Shown piece after piece: positions 54,501-64,000 of a DNA stretch of 64,000 nt. Numbering within the stretch: position 1 is the first letter of the stretch; every line of letters begins with the position of its first letter. The translations under genes and the position numbers were made by a program. Source of the DNA: Auanema rhodensis (lineage: Eukaryota; Animalia; Nematoda); assembly GCA_964057225.1 (NCBI GenBank), contig OZ059894.1:4774001-4838000 (forward strand), written 5' to 3'. Under the pieces are notes generated by a model. It did not search any database and had not been told where the DNA came from. It saw only the letters and a program-made list of their open reading frames with translations.

Positions 54501-57500
54501 TGTCCATCGTCTTTGCCTTGAAAAATGGAATCTAAAAACAACTACTTTTTGCTAAATTATTTTGAAATTTTTCGAAAAAATTTTTGTCAAAATGTTTTTG
54601 GAAGCAATGTTGAGTGTACATGGAAACTCAACATACACTAATGCATCATTTTTCAAACGATCATAACTAATTTTTGTATTAAGCGTTTTTCAATGTAGTA
54701 TAGTGCATTCGATGCGGATTTTTAAGCTGCGTCGATCTGTGTTATCAGATTTGCGCTAGCTTAAAAATGCACCGAGATATCAACTGATATAAGTTCACAC
54801 TTATATCCTCGATTTTCACCCTGAAGAAATAATTTTTTCGTTGAATAACATTGTCCATCGTCTTTGCCTTGAAAAAAGGAATCTAAAAACATCTACTTTT
54901 TGCTAAATTATTTTGAAATTTTTCGAAAAAATTTTTGTCAAAATGTTTTTGGAAGCAATGTTGAGTGTACATGGAAACTCAACATACACTAATGCATCAT
55001 TTTTCAAACGATCATAACTAATTTTTGTATCAAGCGTTTCTCAATGTAGTATAGTGCATTCGATGCGGATTTGTAAGCTGCGTCGATCTGTGTTATCAGA
55101 TTTGCGCTAACTTAAAAATGCACCGAGATATCAACTGATATAAGTTCACACTTATATCCTCGATTTTCACCCTGAAGAATTAATTTTTTCGTTGAATAAC
55201 ATTGTCTATCGTCTTTGCCTTGAGAAATGGAATCTAAAAACATCTACTTTTTGCTAAATTATTTTGAAATTTTTCGAAAAAATTTTTGTCAAAATGTTTT
55301 TGGAAGCAGTGTTGAGTGTACATGGAAACTCAACATACACTAATGCATCATTTTTCAAACGATCATAACTAATTTTTGTATCAAGCGTTTTTCAATGTAG
55401 TATAGTGCATTCGATGCGGATTTTTAAGCTGCGTCGATCTGTGTTATCAGATTTGCGCTAGCTTAAAAATGCACCGAGATATCAACTGATATAAGTTCAC
55501 ACTTATATCCTCGATTTTCACCCTGAAGAAATAATTTTTTCGTTGAATAACATTGTCCATCGTCTTTGCCTTGAAAAAAGGAATCTAAAAACATCTACTT
55601 TTTGCTAAATTATTTTGAAATTTTTCGAAAAAATTTTTGTCAAAATGTTTTTGGAAGCAATGTTGAGTGTACATGGAAACTCAACATACACTAATGCATC
55701 ATTTTTCAAACGATCATAACTAATTTTTGTATCAAGCGTTTCTCAATGTAGTATAGTGCATTCGATGCGGATTTTTAAGCTGCGTCGATCTGTGTTATCA
55801 GATTTGCGCTAGCTTAAAAATGCACCGAGATATCAACTGATACAAGTTCACACTTATATCCTCGATTTTCACCCTGAAGAAAAATTTTTTTCGTTGAATA
55901 ACATTGTCCATCGTCTTTGCCTTGAAAAAAGGAATCTAAAAACATCTACTTTTTGCTAAAATATTTTGAAACTTTTCGAAAAAATTTTTGTCAAAATGTT
56001 TTTGGAAGCAATGTTGAGTGTACATGGAAACTCAACATACACTAATGCATCATTTTTCAAACGATCATAACTAATTTTTGTATCAAGCGTTTCTCAATGT
56101 AGTATAGTGCATTCGATGCGGATTTTTAAGCTGCGTCGATCTGTGTTATCAGATTTGCGCTAGCTTAAAAATGCACCGAGATATCAACTGATACAAGTTC
56201 ACACTTATATCCTCGATTTTCACTCTGAAGAAATAATTTTTTCGTTGAATAACATTGTCCATCGTCTTTGCCTTGAAACAAGGATTCTAAAAACATCTAC
56301 TTTTTGCTAAATTATTTTGAAATTTTTCGAAAAAATTTTTGTCAAAATGTTTTTGGAAGCAATGTTGAGTGTACATGGAAACTCAACATACACTAATGCA
56401 TCATTTTTCAAACGATCATAACTAATTTTTGTTTCAAGCGTTTCTCAATGTAGTATAGTGCATTCGATGCGGATTTTTAAACTGCGTCGATCTGTGTTAT
56501 CAGATTTGCGCTAGCTTAAAAATGCACCGAGATATCAACTGATATAAGTTCACACTTATATCCTCGATTTTCACCCTGAAGAAATAATTTTTTCGTTGAA
56601 TAACATTGTCCATCGTCTTTGCCTTGAAAAAAGGAATCTAAAAACATCTACTTTTTGCTAAATTATTTTGAAATTTTTCGAAAAAATTTTTGTCAAAATG
56701 TTTTTGGAAGCAATGTTGAGTGTACATGGAAACTCAACATACACTAATGCATCATTTTTCAAACGATCATAACTAATTTTTGTATCAAGCGTTTCTCAAT
56801 GTAGTATAGTGCATTCGATGCGGATTTTTAAGTTGCGTCGATCTGTGTTATCAGATTTGCGCTAGCTTAAAAATGCACCGAGATATCAACTGATATAAGT
56901 TCACACTTATATCCTCGATTTTCACCCTGAAGAATTAATTTTTTCGTTGAATAACATTGTCTATCGTCTTTGCCTTGAGAAATGGAATCTAAAAACATCT
57001 ACTTTTTGCTAAATTATTTTGAAATTTTTCGAAAAAATTTTTGTCAAAATGTTTTTGGAAGCAATGTTGAGTGTACATGGAAACTCAACATACACTAATG
57101 CATCATTTTTCAAACGATCATAACTAATTTTTGTATCAAGCGTTTCTCAATGTAGTATAGTGCATTCGATGCGGATTTTTAAGCTGCGTCGATCTGTGTT
57201 ATCAGATTTGCGCTAGCTTAAAAATGCACCGAGATATCAACTGATATAAGTTCACACTTATATCCTCGATTTTCAACCTGAAGAATTAATTTTTTCGTTG
57301 AATAACATTGTCCATCGTCTTTGCCTTGAAAAATGGAATCTAAAAACAACTACTTTTTGCTAAATTATTTTGAAATTTTTCGAAAAAATTTTTGTCAAAA
57401 TGTTTTTGGAAGCAGTGTTGAGTGTACATGGAAACTCAACATACACTAATGCATCATTTTTCAAACGATCATAACTAGATTTTGTATCAAGCGTTTTTCA

Positions 57501-60500
57501 ATGTAGTATAGTGCATTCGATGCGGATTTTTAAGCTGCGTCGATCTGTGTTATCAGATTTGCGCTAGCTTAAAAATGCACCGAGATATCAACTGATATAA
57601 GTTCACACTTATATCCTCGATTTTCACCCTGAAGAAATAATTTTTTCGTTGAATAACATTGTCCATCGTCTTTGCCTTGAAAAAAGGAATCTAAAAACAT
57701 CTACTTTTTGCTAAATTATTTTGAAATTTTTCGAAAAAATTTTTGTCAAAATGTTTTTGGAAGCAATGTTGAGTGTACATGGAAACTCAACATACACTAA
57801 TGCATCATTTTTCAAACGATCATAACTAGATTTTGTATCAAGCGTTTCTCAATGTAGTATAGTGCATTCGATGCGGATTTTTAAGCTGCGTCGATCTGTG
57901 TTATCAGATTTGCGCTAGCTTAAAAATGCACCGAGATATCAACTGATATAAGTTCACACTTATATCCTCGATTTTCACCCTGAAGAAATAATTTTTTCGT
58001 TGAATAACATTGTCCATTGTCTTTGCCTTGAAAAAAGGAATCTAAAAACATCTACTTTTTGCTAAATTATTTTGAAATTTTTCGAAAAAATTTTTGTCAA
58101 AATGTTTTTGGAAGCAATGTTGAGTGTACATGGAAACTCAACATACACTAATGCATCATTTTTCAAACGATCATAACTAATTTTTGTATCAAGCGTTTCT
58201 CAATGTAGTATAGTGCATTCGATGCGGATTTTTAAGCTGCGTCGATCTGTGTTATCAGATTTGCGCTAGCTTAAAAATGCACCGAGATATCAACTGATAT
58301 AAGTTCACACTTATATCCTCGATTTTCACCCTGAAGAATTAATTTTTTCGTTGAATAACATTGTCTATCGTCTTTGCCTTGAGAAATGGAATCTAAAAAC
58401 ATCTACTTTTTGCTAAATTATTTTGAAATTTTTCGAAAAAATTTTTGTCAAAATGTTTTTGGAAGCAATGTTGAGTGTACATGGAAACTCAACATACACT
58501 AATGCATCATTTTTCAAACGATCATAACTAATTTTTGTATCAAGCGTTTCTCAATGTAGTATAGTGCATTCGATGCGGATTTTTAAGCTGCGTCGATCTG
58601 TGTTATCAGATTTGCGCTAGCTTAAAAATGCACCGAGATATCAACTGATATAAGTTCACACTTATATCCTCGATTTTCACCCTGAAGAAATAATTTTTTC
58701 GTTGAATAACATTGTCCATCGTCTTTGCCTTGAAAAAAGGAATCTAAAAACATCTACTTTTTGCTAAATTATTTTGAAATTTTTCGAAAAAATTTTTGTC
58801 AAAATGTTTTTGGAAGCAATGTTGAGTGTACATGGAAACTCAACATACACTAATGCATCATTTTTCAAACGATCATAACTAATTTTTGTATCAAGCGTTT
58901 CTCAATGTAGTATAGTGCATTCGATGCGGATTTTTAAGCTGCGTCGATCTGTGTTATCAGATTTGCGCTAGCTTAAAAATGCACCGAGATATCAACTGAT
59001 ATAAGTTCACACTTATATCCTCGATTTTCACCCTGAAGAATTAATTTTTTTGTTGAATAACATTGTCCATCGTCTTTGCCTTGAAAAATGGAATCTAAAA
59101 ACATCTACTTTTTGCTAAATTATTTTGAAATTTTTCGAAAAAATTTTTGTCAAAATGTTTTTGGAAGCAATGTTGAGTGTACATGGAAACTCAACATACA
59201 CTAATGCATCATTTTTCAAACGATCATAACTAATTTTTGTATTAAGCGTTTTTCAATGTAGTATAGTGCATTCGATGCGGATTTTTAAGCTGCGTCGATC
59301 TGTGTTATCAGATTTGCGCTAGCTTAAAAATGCACCGAGATATCAACTGATATAAGTTCACACTTATATCCTCGATTTTCATCCTGAAGAATTAATTTTT
59401 TCGTTGAATAACATTGTCCATCGTCTTTGCCTTGAAAAATCGAATCTAAAAACATCTACTTTTCGCTAAATTATTTTGAAATTTTTCGAAAAAATTTTTG
59501 TCAAAATGTTTTTGGAAGCAATGTTGAGTGTACATGGAAACTCAACATACACTAATGCATCATTTTTCAAACGATCATAACTAATTTTTGTATCAAGCGT
59601 TTTTCAATGTAGTATAGTGCATTCGATGCGGATTTTTAAGCTGCGTCGATCTGTGTTATCAGATTTGCGCTAGCTTAAAAATGCACCGAGATATCAACTG
59701 ATACAAGTTCACACTTATATCCTCGATTTTCACCCTGAAGAAATAATTTTTTCGTTGAATAACTTTGTCCATCGTCTTTGCCTTGAAAAAAGGATTCTAA
59801 AAACATCTACTTTTTGCTAAATTATTTTGAAATTTTTCGAAAAAATTTTTGTCAAAATGTTTTTGGAAGCAGTGTTGAGTGTACATGGAAACTCAACATA
59901 CACTAATGCATCATTTTTCAAACGATCATAACTAATTTTTGTATTAAGCTTCTCTCAATGTAGTATAGTGCATTCGATGCGGATTTTTAAGCTGCGTCGA
60001 TCTGTGTTATCAGATTTGCGCTAGCTTAAAAATGCACCGAGATATCAACTGATATAAGTTCACACTTATATCCTCGATTTTCACCCTGAAGAAATAATTT
60101 TTTCGTTGAATAACATTGTCCATCGTCTTTGCCTTGAAAAAAGGAATCTAAAAACATCTACTTTTTGCTAAATTATTTTGAAATTTTTCGAAAAAATTTT
60201 TGTCAAAATGTTTTTGGAAGCAATGTTGAGTGTACATGGAAACTCAACATACACTAATGCATCATTTTTCAAACGATCATAACTAATTTTTGTATCAAGC
60301 GTTTCTCAATGTAGTATAGTGCATTCGATGCGGATTTTTAAGCTGCGTCGATCTGTGTTATCAGATTTGCGCTAGCTTAAAAATGCACCGAGATATCAAC
60401 TGATATAAGTTCACACTTATATCCTCGATTTTCACCCTGAAGAATTAATTTTTTCGTTGAATAACATTGTCCATCGTCTTTGCCTTGAAAAATGGAATCT

Positions 60501-63500
60501 AAAAACATCTACTTTTTGCTAAATTATTTTGAAATTTTTCGAAAAAATTTTTGTCAAAATGTTTTTGGAAGCAATGTTGAGTGTACATGGAAACTCAACA
60601 TACACTAATGCATCATTTTTCAAACGATCATAACTAATTTTTGTATTAAGCGTTTTTCAATGTAGTATAGTGCATTCGATGCGGATTTTTAAGCTGCGTC
60701 GATCTGTGTTATCAGATTTGCGCTAGCTTAAAAATGCACCGAGATATCAACTGATATAAGTTCACACTTATATCCTCGATTTTCATCCTGAAGAATTAAT
60801 TTTTTCGTTGAATAACATTGTCCATCGTCTTTGCCTTGAAAAATCGAATCTAAAAACATCTACTTTTCGCTAAATTATTTTGAAATTTTTCGAAAAAATT
60901 TTTGTCAAAATGTTTTTGGAAGCAATGTTGAGTGTACATGGAAACTCAACATACACTAATGCATCATTTTTCAAACGATCATAACTAATTTTTGTATCAA
61001 GCGTTTTTCAATGTAGTATAGTGCATTCGATGCGGATTTTTAAGCTGCGTCGATCTGTGTTATCAGATTTGCGCTAGCTTAAAAATGCACCGAGATATCA
61101 ACTGATACAAGTTCACACTTATATCCTCGATTTTCACCCTGAAGAAATAATTTTTTCGTTGAATAACTTTGTCCATCGTCTTTGCCTTGAAAAAAGGATT
61201 CTAAAAACATCTACTTTTTGCTAAATTATTTTGAAATTTTTCGAAAAAATTTTTGTCAAAATGTTTTTGGCAGCAGTGTTGAGTGTACATGGAAACTCAA
61301 CATACACTAATGCATCATTTTTCAAACGATCATAACTAATTTTTGTATTAAGCTTCTCTCAATGTAGTATAGTGCATTCGATGCGGATTTTTAAGCTGCG
61401 TCGATCTGTGTTATCAGATTTGCGCTAGCTTAAAAATGCACCGAGATATCAACTGATATAAGTTCACACTTATATCCTCGATTTTCACCCTGAAGAAATA
61501 ATTTTTTCGTTGAATAACATTGTCCATCGTCTTTGCCTTGAAAAAAGGAATCTAAAAACATCTACTTTTTGCTAAATTATTTTGAAATTTTTCGAAAAAA
61601 TTTTTGTCAAAATGTTTTTGGAAGCAATGTTGAGTGTACATGGAAACTCAACATACACTAATGCATCATTTTTCAAACGATCATAACTAATTTTTGTATC
61701 AAGCGTTTCTCAATGTAGTATAGTGCATTCGATGCGGATTTTTAAGCTGCGTCGATCTGTGTTATCAGATTTGCGCTAGCTTAAAAATGCACCGAGATAT
61801 CAACTGATATAAGTTCACACTTATATCCTCGATTTTCACCCTGAAGAAATAATTTTTTCGTTGAATAACATTGTCCATCGTCTTTGCCTTGAAAAAAGGA
61901 TTCTAAAAACATCTACTTTTTGCTAAATTATTTTGAAATTTTTCGAAAAAATTTTTGTCAAAATGTTTTTGGAAGCAATGTTGAGTGTACATGGAAACTC
62001 AACATACACTAATGCATCATTTTTCAAACGATCATAACTAATTTTTGTATCAAGCGTTTTTCAATGTAGTATAGTGCATTCGATGCGGATTTTTAAGCTG
62101 CGTCGATCTGTGTTATCAGATTTGCGCTAGCTTAAAAATGCACCGAGATATCAACTGATACAAGTTCACACTTATATCCTCGATTTTCACCCTGAAGAAA
62201 TAATTTTTTCGTTGAATAACTTTGTCCATCGTCTTTGCCTTGAAAAAAGGATTCTAAAAACATCTACTTTTTGCTAAATTATTTTGAAATTTTTCGAAAA
62301 AATTTTTGTCAAAATGTTTTTGGAAGCAGTGTTGAGTGTACATGGAAACTCAACATACACTAATGCATCATTTTTCAAACGATCATAACTAATTTTTGTA
62401 TTAAGCTTCTCTCAATGTAGTATAGTGCATTCGATGCGGATTTTTAAGCTGCGTCGATCTGTGTTATCAGATTTGCGCTAGCTTAAAAATGCACCGAGAT
62501 ATCAACTGATATAAGTTCACACTTATATCCTCGATTTTCACCCTGAAGAAATAATTTTTTCGTTGAATAACATTGTCCATCGTCTTTGCCTTGAAAAAAG
62601 GAATCTAAAAACATCTACTTTTTGCTAAATTATTTTGAAATTTTTCGAAAAAATTTTTGTCAAAATGTTTTTGGAAGCAATGTTGAGTGTACATGGAAAC
62701 TCAACATACACTAATGCATCATTTTTCAAACGATCATAACTAATTTTTGTATCAAGCGTTTCTCAATGTAGTATAGTGCATTCGATGCGGATTTTTAAGC
62801 TGCGTCGATCTGTGTTATCAGATTTGCGCTAGCTTAAAAATGCACCGAGATATCAACTGATATAAGTTCACACTTATATCCTCGATTTTCACCCTGAAGA
62901 AATAATTTTTTCGTTGAATAACATTGTCCATCGTCTTTGCCTTGAAAAAAGGAATCTAAAAACATCTACTTTTTGCTAAATTATTATGAAATTTTTCGAA
63001 AAAATTTTTGTCAAAATGTTTTTGGAAGCAATGTTGAGTGTACATGGAAACTCAACATACACTAATGCATCATTTTTCAAACGATCATAACTAATTTTTG
63101 TATCAAGCGTTTCTCAATGTAGTATAGTGCATTCGATGCGGATTTTTAAGCTGCGTCGATCTGTGTTATCAGATTTGCGCTAGCTTAAAAATGCACCGAG
63201 ATATCAACTGATACAAGTTCACACTTATATCCTCGATTTTCACCCTGAAGAAAAATTTTTTTCGTTGAATAACATTGTCCATCGTCTTTGCCTTGAAAAA
63301 AGGAATCTAAAAAAAACTACTTTTTGCTAAAATATTTTGAAACTTTTCGAAAAAATTTTTGTCAAAATGTTTTTGGAAGCAATGTTGAGTGTACATGGAA
63401 ACTCAACATACACTAATGCATCATTTTTCAAACGATCATAACTAATTTTTGTATCAAGCGTTTCTCAATGTAGTATAGTGCATTCGATGCGGATTTTTAA

Positions 63501-64000
63501 GCTGCGTCGATCTGTGTTATCAGATTTGCGCTAGCTTAAAAATGCACCGAGATATCAACTGATACAAGTTCACACTTATATCCTCGATTTTCACTCTGAA
63601 GAAATAATTTTTTCGTTGAATAACATTGTCCATCGTCTTTGCCTTGAAACAAGGATTCTAAAAACATCTACTTTTTGCTAAATTATTTTGAAATTTTTCG
63701 AAAAAATTTTTGTCAAAATGTTTTTGGAAGCAATGTTGAGTGTACATGGAAACTCAACATACACTAATGCATCATTTTTCAAACGATCATAACTAATTTT
63801 TGTATCAAGCGTTTCTCAATGTAGTATAGTGCATTCGATGCGGATTTTTAAGCTGCGTCGATCTGTGTTATCAGATTTGCGCTAGCTTAAAAATGCACCG
63901 AGATATCAACTGATATAAGTTCACACTTATATCCTCGATTTTCACCCTGAAGAAATAATTTTTTCGTTGAATAACATTGTCCATCGTCTTTGCCTTGAAA
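45596..64000. repeat. Right haplotype domain (M131-M183): consensus monomers alternating with variant monomers; 4-, 5- and 17-monomer periods
   Basis: 4-mer at 45596/47000 and 5-mer at 48755/50510. An 11-monomer run at 50510-54370 recurs 5,967 bp later at 56477-60337. Another 4-mer at 58934/60338. Confidence 0.8.

Larger units (their letters stand above)
1..64000. repeat. Tandem satellite DNA array, 351-bp monomer, 182 full copies + 1 partial, single orientation, running off both window ends
   Basis: TTAAGCTGCGTCGATCTGTG (or a single-base variant) recurs at 1, 351, 702, 1053, 1404, 1754 ... 63497, 63848. Copies differ by only a handful of bases and no unique sequence lies between them. Confidence 0.99.

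Noticed and set aside
1-64000. CRISPR-like array or repeat-spacer cassette system
   Set aside because: There are no unique spacers: the sequence between the hairpins is as conserved as the hairpins. The period is 351 bp and no cas or other genes are present.
1-64000. Giant repetitive protein gene (351 = 117 codons)
   Set aside because: The ORF track shows no long ORF in any frame, stops are frequent, and 1-bp and 10-bp deletions are tolerated.
1-64000. Inversion or transposon insertion hidden in the array
   Set aside because: All monomers share one orientation, and the length bookkeeping accounts for every base.

Overview
The whole 64-kb window is one uninterrupted, head-to-tail array of an AT-rich satellite (about 31% GC by hand count) with a 351-bp monomer. 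There are 182 complete monomers plus a 153-bp partial copy. The arithmetic closes exactly: 182x351, minus 21 single-base deletions, minus two 10-bp deletions, plus one 6-bp duplication, gives 63,847 bp, and the partial copy starts at 63,848. I see no gene, RNA gene, transposon insertion, inversion or CRISPR spacer, and the single ORF is a by-product of two point variants in one monomer. I cannot assign the species or satellite family. It looks like eukaryotic (peri)centromeric or heterochromatic satellite from an organism with little CpG methylation, which is an inference. There are two layers of real structure. (1) Each monomer carries at least four inverted repeats. (2) Monomer variants record nested block duplications of 3, 4, 5, 6, 7, 15 and 17 monomers, arranged in three haplotype domains, with chimeric monomers marking breakpoints. 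I found no evidence for a new gene-encoded system. All variant calls were made by eye and need confirming by alignment. Monomer numbers (M1...) count from position 1, and 'pos' means position within the 351-bp monomer.
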